From: an uncultured bacterium
GTDB lineage: Bacteria > Actinomycetota > Acidimicrobiia > Acidimicrobiales > VFJN01
Direction: 5' to 3'
Assembly (NCBI GenBank): GCA_963717085.1
Contig: CAVQVM010000019.1
Location: forward strand, 137,397-201,396
DNA length: 64,000 nucleotides
A model generated the notes under the pieces. That model worked only from the letters and a program-made list of their open reading frames with translations. It did no database searches and was not told the DNA's origin. Numbering within the stretch: the stretch's first letter is position 1; each line of letters starts with the position of its first letter. This document shows positions 10,214 to 19,321 of the stretch, piece after piece. Both the position numbers and the translations under genes were made by a program.

Positions 10214-10450
10214 CGGTCGCGTAGCCCGCCCCGACCTCTCGCTGGTCGTTGACTTGCGCGCCCCGTGGTGGGCTCGCAGCGCAGTGCCGGCGGGCGCGAG
10301 GAACCACCCCACTAGCCTGCCGGCGGTGCCGCCCGCCCCTGCGATCCTCGACTGCGAGCGGTGGTTCGTGCGCCGGGGAGTCCCGCACTTCATCGTGCAT
10401 TACGACGCCAGCGAGCACCTCTGGACGCGTCGAAGAACAGGTCGACCACC
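10214..10450 (-). pseudogene. Decayed C-terminal extension of the adjacent ECF sigma factor
   Basis: Just past the sigma stop, another frame reads RQREVVDLFFDASRG and a third reads EVLAGVVMHDEVR. These are pieces of the RQREVVDAF..A...GDF.AL..vLdPDVVLR extension seen in this sigma class, split over three frames. Confidence 0.5.
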
Positions 10451-10984
10451 TCACGCTGGCGGCGCGACATCGGGACCCGGCGCCGGCGCTGCGCCGCGCA
10501 CCCGGCGACGTGCCCGGCTCGCCAGCCGCCGGGTCGCGGTAGGGGAGCGCCCGAGCATGGGAGCGATCTGGTCGAACGGCAGGGCGAACATGTCGTGCAG
10601 GACGAACGCCAGCCGTTCGGCTGGTGTCAGCGTCCCCAACACCACGAGCAACGCCAGGCCAACCGAGTCGGCGAGCACCGCGTCGTCCTGAGGGTCGATC
10701 CAGTTCTCGGGGCGCACCATCGGATCGGGCACGGGAACGCCGACGGGTTCCTCGCGCGGCGAGCGGCGGGAGCGGCGCATGTCGAGGCACACGCGGGTGA
10801 CGATCGTCGTGAGCCAACCGCCCAGGTTCTCGACCCGGCTCGTGTCGGCGCGGCTCATGCTGAGCCAGGCCTCCTCGACGGCCTCGTCGGCGTCGCCGAG
10901 CGAGCCCAGCATCTGGTAGGCGACCGCCCGTAGGTGCGGCCGATTCGCGTCGAACCGTTCCACCAGCCAGTCGTGTCGGTCCAT
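10451..10984 (-). CDS. ECF-type RNA polymerase sigma-70 factor (sigma2 + sigma4 only)
   Basis: 177 aa: HLRAVAYQMLGSLGDADEAVEEAWL (region 2) and LTPAERLAFVLHDMFALPFDQIAPMLGRSPTATRRLASRARRRV (region 4). Confidence 0.85.
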   Translation of the reverse strand: MDRHDWLVERFDANRPHLRAVAYQMLGSLGDADEAVEEAWLSMSRADTSRVENLGGWLTTIVTRVCLDMRRSRRSPREEPVGVPVPDPMVRPENWIDPQDDAVLADSVGLALLVVLGTLTPAERLAFVLHDMFALPFDQIAPMLGRSPTATRRLASRARRRVRGAAPAPGPDVAPPA

Positions 10985-11285
10985 CGCTCACATTTCCTCG
11001 TCGCGCCGTGTCATGCCCGATGACCCGCCAAAGGACGTGGGTGTGACACGGGGCCGGCCCGAGCAACACGAGGTGACCCGCCGCGGCGTCGGCTCGAGCG
11101 GCATTCCGGCGTTCGGAGTGACGGAATCCGGCACATGTGAACACCGCCAACGGGTTGGCCGCAGCCCGGCCAGAGTGTCCTTAATGCCGGCCGGAAGCAT
11201 CGTCGGGCAGGAGGGCGTCGAGTGTCGCGACGACGACGTCGGCCGTTCACGAGCCTCGAACCGGGGGCCAGGTAAAGTACACCCT

Positions 11286-12749
11286 GTGAAAACCCCGTCG
11301 GGTGCCGTTCGGAGCTCGGCACCCTCGCGGGGTCGCCCGCCGGGCGGTGTGGCCCGGCGTGCCAGCCCCGCAGGGGGCAAGCTGGCTGCCACCGTCGCCG
11401 ACCGGATCGTCGACGACGTACTGGCGCAGGGGTGGCCGGTCGGCGAGGTGCTGGGTTCCGAGGCGGAGCTGCTCGACCGCTATGGCGTGAGCCGGGCCGT
11501 TTTCCGTGAGGCGGTCCGCCTTGTCGAGCACCAGCAGGTGGCGCGCATGCGCCGGGGGCCGGGGGGCGGCCTGGTCGTGCGCGAGCCCACGGTCGACTCG
11601 GTCATCGACGCCGTCGTCGTCTACCTCTATCGCCTCGGTGCCCGCTTGGACGACGTCTTCGAGACGCGACTCGTGCTCGAGGAGATCGTCGTCGACCTGG
11701 CGCCGGATCGGGTCGAGGAGGTCGACATCGCGGCGCTGCGCAACGTGATCCAGCGGGAAGCGGCGGGCGACGCTGCGGACCCTCGTGAGCTGCACATGCT
11801 GCTCGCCACGGTCACCCGCAACCCGGCGCTCGAGCTGTTCGTCGACATTCTCAACCGGGTGTCGGCCCTCTACACCGATCTGAGCCTCGTGGCCCCGAGG
11901 ATCTTCCGCGAATCGAGGGAGGCCCACGTGCGCATCGTCGATGCGGTGCTGGCGGGCGATCGGAGCACGGCCCGGCACCGGATGCGGCGGCACCTCGAGG
12001 CCGAGCATGCGTGGCTACGGCGGCGTCGATCGTCGCGCCAGCTCCTCGACCCCACCGGCGTCCAGTTGACCGCCGGCGGTGACAAGCGCGGCGAGGGTGT
12101 GGCTCGTGAGGTGTTCCGGCAGGTGGTCAGCGACGGTTGGCCGGTGGGCACGTTCCTCGGGTCGGAGCCCGAGCTGATGGAGCGCTACGACGTCAGCCGG
12201 GCCGTGCTGCGCGAGGCGGTGCGGCTGCTGGAGCATCACGACATCGCCGCCATGCGCCGCGGCCCCGGCGGAGGGTTGTTCGTCAGCGAGCCGGGCCTCG
12301 CCACCGTCAGCGACACGGTCGCCCTCTACCTCGACCGTCGGGGGATGGACGTGGGCAGCCTCGTGGAGCTGCGCACCGGTGTCGAGATGGCCGTCGTGGA
12401 TCGGGTCATGGACAAGGTGGACGACGACGTCCGCAGCCGCCTGCGCCAGGCGCTCGACGCCGAACGCTCCGCCCCGGACCAGGACGTCGTGCAGGCGGTG
12501 GGCCACGACCTCCACGCCGCCATCGCCCACCTGACCCGCAATCCCGTCCTCGAGCTCGTGGCCCTGGTGCTGATCCGCCTCGCATGGATGCATCAGGTCA
12601 ACCCGTCGGGGCGCAGGCCACGCGAGCTCATCGAGGAGCTGACCCGGGCCCACGAGCGCATCGTCGAGGCGATCGTCTCCGAGGACCGGGAGCTCGTGCG
12701 GCATCGCATGCGGCGTCATCTCGATGCCCTGCGGCCGTACATGGGCTGA
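11286..12749 (+). CDS. Tandem-duplicated GntR/FadR-family regulator (two wHTH+FCD modules in one polypeptide)
   Basis: Module 1: ...LGSEAELLDRYGVSRAVFREAVRLVEHQQVARMRRGPGGGLVV...RHRMRRHLEAE. Module 2: ...LGSEPELMERYDVSRAVLREAVRLLEHHDIAAMRRGPGGGLFV...RHRMRRHLDAL. The start (GTG 11286 or ATG 11184) is uncertain. Confidence 0.8.
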   Translation: MKTPSGAVRSSAPSRGRPPGGVARRASPAGGKLAATVADRIVDDVLAQGWPVGEVLGSEAELLDRYGVSRAVFREAVRLVEHQQVARMRRGPGGGLVVREPTVDSVIDAVVVYLYRLGARLDDVFETRLVLEEIVVDLAPDRVEEVDIAALRNVIQREAAGDAADPRELHMLLATVTRNPALELFVDILNRVSALYTDLSLVAPRIFRESREAHVRIVDAVLAGDRSTARHRMRRHLEAEHAWLRRRRSSRQLLDPTGVQLTAGGDKRGEGVAREVFRQVVSDGWPVGTFLGSEPELMERYDVSRAVLREAVRLLEHHDIAAMRRGPGGGLFVSEPGLATVSDTVALYLDRRGMDVGSLVELRTGVEMAVVDRVMDKVDDDVRSRLRQALDAERSAPDQDVVQAVGHDLHAAIAHLTRNPVLELVALVLIRLAWMHQVNPSGRRPRELIEELTRAHERIVEAIVSEDRELVRHRMRRHLDALRPYMG

Positions 12750-12897
12750 CCGCAGTAACGCTGTGCAAAAGGGATCCCCTTTGCCCAGTGCCAACGCTGG
12801 TTCGGGACCCGGGTGGGGCTGCGGCTGCCGGACCCCGGCGTACTTATCAGTGTCCTCTTCGTCGTAGCTCGGCCCCGCCGGCAAGTAATGTGGGCCG

Positions 12898-13950
12898 GTG
12901 ACCAACATCTCATCCTCGCCCGACCCGCTGCCCCCGGTCGAGCGACTGCGGCCCGGCTTGTGGACCATCCCGGTGCCGCTGCCGAACAACTCCCTCCGCT
13001 ACGTGTTCGTCTACCTGTTCGAGACCGAGCGCGGCGCGTACCTCGTCGACGCCGGCTGGAACACCGAGGACGCGTACGCCGCCCTCACGGCGGGGCTGGC
13101 GGTGGCGGGCTACGCGATCGGCGACGTCCGCGGCGTGCTGGTCACGCACATCCATCCCGACCACTACGGCCTGGCGGGACGCATCCGCGAGGCTTCCGGT
13201 GCCTGGATCGCACTCCACCCCGCCGATGCCGCGCTGGTGCGGGACCGCTACGCCGAGCCCGCCGACCTGCTGGAACGCGTGGGCATGATGTTGCGTCGCG
13301 TCGGTGCGCCGGCGGACGAGGTCGCCACCCTGCAACGGGCGGCGATGCCGGTGCGGCCGTTCGTCGATGCGGTCATGCCCGACGTGTTACTCGAGGACGG
13401 CCAGCGCCCGGACGTCCCCGGGTGGGAGTTGACGGCCATCTGGACACCGGGCCACTCGCCCGGCCACCTGTGCTTCTGGGAACCGGGCCACGAGGTGCTC
13501 CTGTCCGGCGACCACGTGTTGCCGCGGATCACGCCCAACATCTCGTTCCATCCCCAGGCCGGCGACGATCCGCTGGGCGACTTCCTCCGGTCGCTCGACA
13601 AGCTCGACGTCTACGATCCCGACGAGGTCCTGCCAGCCCACGAGTACCGGTTTGCGGACCTGCACCAGCGGCTCGACGAGCTTCGCCGCCACCACAACGA
13701 GCGCTTCCGCGAGGCCGTCGCCGCCGTCGGCGACGGCGTGAGCACGGCGTGGGCCATCGCCTCCCGCATGCACTGGTCGCGCCCGTGGGACGAGATCGAG
13801 GGCTTCATGCGGCGAGCCGCGGTGGGCGAGACCGTGGCCCACCTCCGCACGCTCGAGCACCGTGGCGTCGTACGTGAGGAACCGGGCGAGCCATCCCACT
13901 GGGTGCTCACCGACGAAGCGGGTGAACGCCTCGAGGCTCTCGGCGCCTAG
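12898..13950 (+). CDS. MBL-fold metallo-hydrolase
   Basis: 350 aa with the VTHIHPDHYG (HxHxDH) motif, and a downstream His/Asp pattern in TPGHSPGH. Confidence 0.9.
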   Translation: MTNISSSPDPLPPVERLRPGLWTIPVPLPNNSLRYVFVYLFETERGAYLVDAGWNTEDAYAALTAGLAVAGYAIGDVRGVLVTHIHPDHYGLAGRIREASGAWIALHPADAALVRDRYAEPADLLERVGMMLRRVGAPADEVATLQRAAMPVRPFVDAVMPDVLLEDGQRPDVPGWELTAIWTPGHSPGHLCFWEPGHEVLLSGDHVLPRITPNISFHPQAGDDPLGDFLRSLDKLDVYDPDEVLPAHEYRFADLHQRLDELRRHHNERFREAVAAVGDGVSTAWAIASRMHWSRPWDEIEGFMRRAAVGETVAHLRTLEHRGVVREEPGEPSHWVLTDEAGERLEALGA

Positions 13951-14113
13951 TGGGGCGGCTCGCAACACGGCGCCGGAAATCAACGGCCCCCGACGTCGCT
14001 GGCTGTGTCCTCGTCCTCGCCGCAGCTACGGCTGCGCCGTCGTCCTGCGTCCTTGCCATCGACGCCGGATGGCTCGCCGATTTCCGGGCGAGCGTTACGA
14101 GCCGCCCCACTAG
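13947..14113. repeat. 167-bp CTAG-bounded palindromic repeat element, copy 2
   Basis: Perfect 16-bp terminal inverted repeat CTAGTGGGGCGGCTCG / CGAGCCGCCCCACTAG. The core is homologous to 684-849. The left CTAG contains the MBL stop codon. Confidence 0.85.
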
Positions 14114-14199
14114 GCGGCGCCGCCCGTGTAAAGAGTATGCTCTAATCCTGGTCCCGGCAGGGTCACGAGGAGTGGAGCGACGGAAGGGGAGTTGCCATC

Positions 14200-14622
14200 G
14201 TGAGCGAACGGATCCCGCTGGTCGACTACCTGGTGTTGGGCGACGATCCACACCTGGTCGCCCAGGAGTGCCAGGGATGTGGAGCGAGGTACTTCGATCG
14301 GCGCAACGCCTGCGCGGGCTGCGGTGGGACCGAGTTCTCCAGCGTGCGCGTCGCGGGCGAGGGGGAGGTCAGGGCGTTCACGATCGTGTCGTTGGCGGCG
14401 CCGGGCATTCCGGTGCCGTTCGTGGCGTCGGTGGTCGACTGCGACGGGACGAGTGTGCGGGGCAACGTGGTGAACGTGGAGCCCACGCCGGAGCACGTCA
14501 AGCTGGGGATGAAGGTGCGCTTGACGACGGTGCCCGTGGGCGTGGACGGGGCGGGAGTCGAGGCGGTGGGGTTCGGTTTCGAGCCGCTGGATGTATCCAC
14601 GGTGAGTGAGGGAGGCCAGTGA
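14200..14622 (+). CDS. DUF35 Zn-ribbon/OB-fold protein (thiolase partner)
   Basis: CQGCGARYFDRRNACAGCGG zinc ribbon followed by an OB-fold-like region. The stop overlaps the thiolase start. Confidence 0.85.
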   Translation: MSERIPLVDYLVLGDDPHLVAQECQGCGARYFDRRNACAGCGGTEFSSVRVAGEGEVRAFTIVSLAAPGIPVPFVASVVDCDGTSVRGNVVNVEPTPEHVKLGMKVRLTTVPVGVDGAGVEAVGFGFEPLDVSTVSEGGQ

Positions 14623-15827
14623 TGGCTGCTGACGATGTCTGGATCCTCGGCATTCACATGACGAAGTTCGGGAAGCACCCGGACCGCGACACGGTGGATC
14701 TGGCGGCCGAGGCGGCGCTGGGCGCGCTGGCCGACGGTGGGGTCTCGATGCGGGACATCGGCGTGTTGGCCGCCGGCAACCTTTGGGGGGGTCCCGCGCC
14801 GATCGGCCAGCAGCTGCAGAAGCAGCTGGGTCAGACGGGGATCCCCGTCTACAACGTCGCGAACGCGTGCGCGACAGGGGCCACGGCGTTGCGCACGGCG
14901 ATCATGGCGCTCAAGGCCGGGGAATGCGACCTGGGCCTGGCCGTGGGTGTCGAGAAGCTCGCCGGGGCGGGGCTGTTGGCCGGCGGCAACCGGAAGGCCG
15001 ACGAGGAAGCGTCGTGGACGCCGCGGGGGCGGTTCGGCGCAGTGGCCCCGACCGATGGCCGCATCGGTACCGAGACGATGCCGGGCGTGTTCGCCCAGAT
15101 CGGGATGGAGTACGGGCACCGCTATGGAGGGACCAGCTTCGAGCTGTTCGCGCGCATCTCCGAGAAGAACCACGCCCATTCGACCCTGAATCCGCTGGCC
15201 GCGTACTCGAAGCGGTTCACGCTGGAGGAGATCATGAACGACGTCATGATCGCCTACCCGAACACCCGGCCCATGTGCTCGGCCAACTGCGACGGGGCGG
15301 CCGCAGCCGTGGTGGTGTCCGGCGAGAAGCTCAAGACACTGGACCCGGACCAGCGGCGCCGGGCCGTCAAGGTGGCGGCATCGGTGCTCACCACCGACCC
15401 GTGGGAAGAGGCCTGCCAGGTGCTGCCCAACGTCAACACCCTGACGCGTAACGCCGCCCGGCAGGCGTACGAGAGTGCGGGCGTGGGCCCCGAGGATCTC
15501 GACCTGGTCGAGCTGCACGACTGCTTCGCCACCGCCGAGCTGGTCCACTACGACAACCTGATGCTCTGCGACCAGGGCGAAGCCGTGCCGTTCTTCGAGT
15601 CCGGTGCCCCGTGGCGAGACGGGGCCACGCCCGTCAACGTGTCGGGCGGCCTCCAGTCGAAGGGCCACCCCATCGCCGCCACCGGCATCGCCAACATCTG
15701 GGAGGTCTGCCATCACCTCCGCGACGAGGCCGGCGACCGCCAGATCGCCAACGCCAAGGTCGGGCTCGCCCACGTCATCGGCCTCGGTTCCGCCTGCGGC
15801 GTGCACATCCTCGAGAAGGCCGCCTGA
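14619..15827 (+). CDS. Thiolase-family protein, SCP2/lipid-transfer type
   Basis: 402 aa: VYNVANACATGATALRTA (active-site Cys region), ...VELHDCFA..., GGLQSKGHPIAATG. Confidence 0.9.
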   Translation: MMAADDVWILGIHMTKFGKHPDRDTVDLAAEAALGALADGGVSMRDIGVLAAGNLWGGPAPIGQQLQKQLGQTGIPVYNVANACATGATALRTAIMALKAGECDLGLAVGVEKLAGAGLLAGGNRKADEEASWTPRGRFGAVAPTDGRIGTETMPGVFAQIGMEYGHRYGGTSFELFARISEKNHAHSTLNPLAAYSKRFTLEEIMNDVMIAYPNTRPMCSANCDGAAAAVVVSGEKLKTLDPDQRRRAVKVAASVLTTDPWEEACQVLPNVNTLTRNAARQAYESAGVGPEDLDLVELHDCFATAELVHYDNLMLCDQGEAVPFFESGAPWRDGATPVNVSGGLQSKGHPIAATGIANIWEVCHHLRDEAGDRQIANAKVGLAHVIGLGSACGVHILEKAA

Positions 15828-15936
15828 CGCGGGGATTGTCGTCGCCCACACACGACCATGGCGGTGCGCAACGGCAGCGCCTCGCGGATGTCGGCGCCGC
15901 CGAGCGGCACGGCGTCAACCCGCGAGACTGCACCGC

Positions 15937-16740
15937 ATGACCACCGTGCAGGTTTCGTCACCCCGGCCCGGGGTGGCCCTCATAACCCTCGACCGGCCCG
16001 AGCGCCTGAACGCGATGAGCCACGAGCTCGTCGCCGACCTCCACGACGCCTTCGACGCGGTGGCCGCCGACCGGGGAACACGGGTCGTGGTGCTGACGGG
16101 GGCCGGGCGGGGGTTCTGCGCCGGACTCGACCTGAAGGGCGCCGGCGCCCCGCCCAGCGCGGACGGGCTCGGGCGGATCCCGGCCGGCATGGTGGGCCAG
16201 CAGCACATCGCCTCGCTGGTGCCGAAGATGCGGGCGCTCCGCCAGCCGGTCATCGCCGCCGTCAACGGGCCCGCAGCCGGCGGCGGGCTGGCCCTGGCGC
16301 TGGCCAGCGACGTGCGGCTCGCGGCACCGGCGGCGCGCTTCGGCGTGGCCTTCGTGCGGATCGGGTTGTCGGGCTGCGACATCGGCGTGAGTTGGCTCCT
16401 GCCGCGGCTGATCGGCGCCTCGCGGGCGTTCGAGTTGATGCTCACGGGACGCGTCATCGACGCCGCCGAGGCCGACCGCCTGGGCCTGGTGTCACGGGTG
16501 GTCGAGGACCGGCCGGTGGTCGACGCCGCACTCGACGTCGCCGACGAGATCCTGGCCAACAGCCCGACCGGGGTCTGGATGACCAAGGAGGTCATGTGGA
16601 GCCAGCTCGAGGTCGGGAGCCTCCAGGCCGGCATCGACCTCGAGAATCGCACGCAGGTCATGACCTCGATGACCGAAGACCTGAGGGAAGCCGTCACGGC
16701 CTTCGGCGAGAAGCGCCCACCCAGGTTCGGGGGTCGCTGA
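15937..16740 (+). CDS. Enoyl-CoA hydratase/isomerase family protein
   Basis: ATG at 15937. VALITLDRPERLNAM...VVLTGAGRGFCAGLDL crotonase signature. Confidence 0.9.
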   Translation: MTTVQVSSPRPGVALITLDRPERLNAMSHELVADLHDAFDAVAADRGTRVVVLTGAGRGFCAGLDLKGAGAPPSADGLGRIPAGMVGQQHIASLVPKMRALRQPVIAAVNGPAAGGGLALALASDVRLAAPAARFGVAFVRIGLSGCDIGVSWLLPRLIGASRAFELMLTGRVIDAAEADRLGLVSRVVEDRPVVDAALDVADEILANSPTGVWMTKEVMWSQLEVGSLQAGIDLENRTQVMTSMTEDLREAVTAFGEKRPPRFGGR

Positions 16741-16741
16741 C

Positions 16742-17617
16742 ATGACGTACAGGCAGATCGCCTACGACGTGGCCGACCGCGTGGCCACCATCACGCTCGA
16801 CCGTCCCGACCGCCTCAACGCCTTCACGGTCACCATGCAGCGGGAGTTGTGCGCGGCGGTCGACGCCGTTGACGCCGATCCCGAGGTGCGGGCGGTGGTG
16901 GTTACCGGGCGCGGTCGGGCATTCTGTGCCGGCGCGGACCTCGGTGGGGGCGACGCGACGTTCGACTACGGCGGTGCCCGTGCCGCCGCCGCCGGCGTCG
17001 TGAAGGAGGCCGACGGGCGCCACCGCGACGAGGGCGGCATCGTGGCGTTGCGGTTCTTCTCGTGCACCAAGCCCGTGATCGGCGCGATCAACGGGGCGGC
17101 GGTCGGCGTCGGGATCACGATGGCCCTGCCGTTCGACGTGCGCCTGACGTCCGCCACGGCGAGGTTCGGGTTCGTGTTCGCGCGCCGGGGGATCGTGCCC
17201 GAGGCCTGCTCCTCGTGGTTCCTGCCGCGCGTGGTCGGCATCAGCCGGGCGATGGAGTGGTGCGCGACCGGCCGGGTGTTCGGTGCCGAGGAAGCGCTCG
17301 CCGGGGGACTCGTGCGATCGATCCACGAACCCGATGCCCTGCTGCCGGCCGCCTACGAGATCGCCCACGAGATCGCCGCCCAGACCTCCGCCGTCTCGGC
17401 CACCGTCACGCGGGCGTTGCTCTGGCGGATGCTCGGCGAGCCGCATCCCATGGCCGCGCACCGGATCGACTCGGCACTCCTCGAGGCGCTCGGGCGCGGC
17501 GCCGACGTGCGCGAGGGCGTCACGAGCTTCCTGGAGAAGCGTCCGCCGACGTTCCCGAACCGCGTGCCCGCCGACCTCCCGGCCCCCTATCCGTGGTGGG
17601 AGGACCCGGACTTCTGA
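16742..17617 (+). CDS. Enoyl-CoA hydratase/isomerase family protein
   Basis: VATITLDRPDRLNAF...VVVTGRGRAFCAGADL. It starts 1 nt after the upstream stop. Confidence 0.9.
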   Translation: MTYRQIAYDVADRVATITLDRPDRLNAFTVTMQRELCAAVDAVDADPEVRAVVVTGRGRAFCAGADLGGGDATFDYGGARAAAAGVVKEADGRHRDEGGIVALRFFSCTKPVIGAINGAAVGVGITMALPFDVRLTSATARFGFVFARRGIVPEACSSWFLPRVVGISRAMEWCATGRVFGAEEALAGGLVRSIHEPDALLPAAYEIAHEIAAQTSAVSATVTRALLWRMLGEPHPMAAHRIDSALLEALGRGADVREGVTSFLEKRPPTFPNRVPADLPAPYPWWEDPDF

Positions 17618-17727
17618 CCTGCGCGCGCTCGTGGTGGGCCGCCCGCCGCGAACCGAACCGCGACCCTTGGCGTAGTGAGAGCCAGCGTCGACATCGGGTC
17701 GACGGCGGCACCGAAAGGGTCCCGACC

Positions 17728-18747
17728 ATGAAGGTTCATCGCATCCCCGGAGCTCGTCCACTGGCCGTGACCGCCGGAGCGGCCGCGGCTCTGGCGATCG
17801 GCCTCGCGGCGGCCGGCCCCGCCAACCCGGCGGGCGCGACACAGTCGCCGTCGGCCCGCGTCGCCAACGACACGTTGACGGTCACCGGTACCTCGCGCGG
17901 CGACCGGATCGCGCTGCGGCTCGCCCCGGGCGCACCCGGCACCATGCAGGTCGACCTGAACGACGACGGCATCGCCGAGCAGAGCTTCGATCGCAACACG
18001 TTCAGTCGGATCGAGGTGTTCACGCGCAGCGGAAGCGACCAGTTCCGCGTGGACCAGGCCAACGGCGTGATCGACGAGCCTGCGACCGTGTCGGGTGGCA
18101 GCGGCAACGACAGCTTGAACGGTGGCGACGGCATCGAGCTCTTCATCAGCGGCAGTGGCAACGACGCGGTCGACGGCAACCGCGGCAACGACTCGGCCGT
18201 GCTTGGCTCGGGCCGTGACAGCTTCCGCTGGGACCCGGGCGACGGCAGCGACGTCGTCGAGGGCCGGAGCGGCACGGACACGCTCGACTTCAACGGCGCC
18301 GGGGGTCCGGAGAACATGAGCCTGTCGGCCAACGGCGGGCGGTCGCTGTTCCTGCGGGACGCCGGCAACATCCGCATGGACATGGACGGCGTCGAGCGAC
18401 TGGACCTCACCGCCCTCGGCGGCCCCGACACGTTCACCGTCGAGGACATGTCCGGCACCGACTTCCGCCAGGCCGACGTGGACCTCTCTGGTCCGGTGGG
18501 CGGTGGCGACGGCGAGTCCGACAGCGTGACCGTCAAGGGCACCGACCGGAGCGACCGGATCGACGTCGAGACCGACGGTGCGAGGGTCGACGTCGAGGGC
18601 CTGAGGACCGAGGTGCGGATCACCGGCAGCGAGACCAGCGACGCGCTCCAGGTCAACAGCCTGGGCGGCAACGACGACGTGGACGTCGAGCAGGCGGTGT
18701 TCGCCCTCATCGGCGTGACCGTGGATCTGGGCTCAGGGCAGCTCTGA
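17728..18747 (+). CDS. Secreted calcium-binding repeat protein (RTX/hemolysin-type GG.G.D repeats)
   Basis: ATG at 17728. Signal-peptide-like MKVHRIPGARPLAVTAGAAAALAIGLAAAGPANPAGA, followed by GGSGNDSLNGGDG, GSGNDAVDGNRGND and GRSGTDTLDFNG repeats. Confidence 0.8.
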   Translation: MKVHRIPGARPLAVTAGAAAALAIGLAAAGPANPAGATQSPSARVANDTLTVTGTSRGDRIALRLAPGAPGTMQVDLNDDGIAEQSFDRNTFSRIEVFTRSGSDQFRVDQANGVIDEPATVSGGSGNDSLNGGDGIELFISGSGNDAVDGNRGNDSAVLGSGRDSFRWDPGDGSDVVEGRSGTDTLDFNGAGGPENMSLSANGGRSLFLRDAGNIRMDMDGVERLDLTALGGPDTFTVEDMSGTDFRQADVDLSGPVGGGDGESDSVTVKGTDRSDRIDVETDGARVDVEGLRTEVRITGSETSDALQVNSLGGNDDVDVEQAVFALIGVTVDLGSGQL

Positions 18748-18769
18748 TCGAGCCACGGGGATCGGGGCC

Positions 18770-18783
18770 TCTCGTCGGGAGGC
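18770..18783. repeat. Putative attL core (direct repeat)
   Basis: TCTCGTCGGGAGGC is identical to 36691-36704. It lies 23 nt after the RTX-like stop codon. Confidence 0.65.
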
Positions 18784-18810
18784 ACCCATAAGCCTCTCAC
18801 CAGGGAAAAC

Positions 18811-18848
18811 GGGCCGCTGTGAGCCACAGATGTGAGCCACAGCGGCCC
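18811..18848. repeat. Island left-end repeat: 2 x TGTGAGCCA inside an 11-bp-stem hairpin (possible arm-type recombinase site)
   Basis: GGGCCGCTGTGAGCCACAGATGTGAGCCACAGCGGCCC. The TGTGAGCC motif also occurs twice at 36586-36606 next to the integrase start. Confidence 0.5.
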
Positions 18849-18895
18849 GGCGGTGCGCGAACACCCCCGGGCCCGGACACGGAGGCAGAAGCTCC

Positions 18896-19261
18896 ATGCC
18901 AGACCCAGAATCCCACGACGACGACCGGTGGAACGACACCACCGACCCGACCGGGCAAATCCGGTTCTTCAAGGCCCGCCGGGCCGAAGGGATGTCGCTC
19001 CGCGACGCCAAGGCTCGGTGGGCCGCCGAACACTCGCAGGACCCGCAGGCCCAGCCCGCGGTAGGCGACATGCTCGTGGCGGAGGTCGACGCCCTCGTCG
19101 CCTACGCCACCGCTCTCCTCGACGAGGTGCGGGCGGTGACCGAGCAGCTCGAGCCCGAACGGGCGAGAGCGTGCCGGACCGCCATCATCCTTGCGAGGAC
19201 CGGGGTCGACGAGATTCGGCTACGGGCCCACGCCCGCCCCCTCGACGAACCCGAACCGTAG
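18896..19261 (+). CDS. Hypothetical protein (island)
   Basis: 121-aa ORF preceded by GGAGG. I recognised no family. Confidence 0.4.
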   Translation: MPDPESHDDDRWNDTTDPTGQIRFFKARRAEGMSLRDAKARWAAEHSQDPQAQPAVGDMLVAEVDALVAYATALLDEVRAVTEQLEPERARACRTAIILARTGVDEIRLRAHARPLDEPEP

Positions 19262-19321
19262 CGAGAGGATGTGTCTCGCTTGCCGCCCCCTCGGCCTACC
19301 GGGTCGGGGGGCGGCGCCGCG

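Noticed and set aside
10301-10315. CCCCACTAG, resembling the right terminus of the CTAG repeat family
   Set aside because: There is no matching left terminus or core nearby. It sits inside the decayed sigma-factor extension, so it is likely coincidental.
12765-12784. Imperfect palindrome GCAAAAGGGATCCCCTTTGC after the GntR gene, considered as a terminator
   Set aside because: The stem has a mismatch, there is essentially no loop, and no T-tract follows. Support is too weak.
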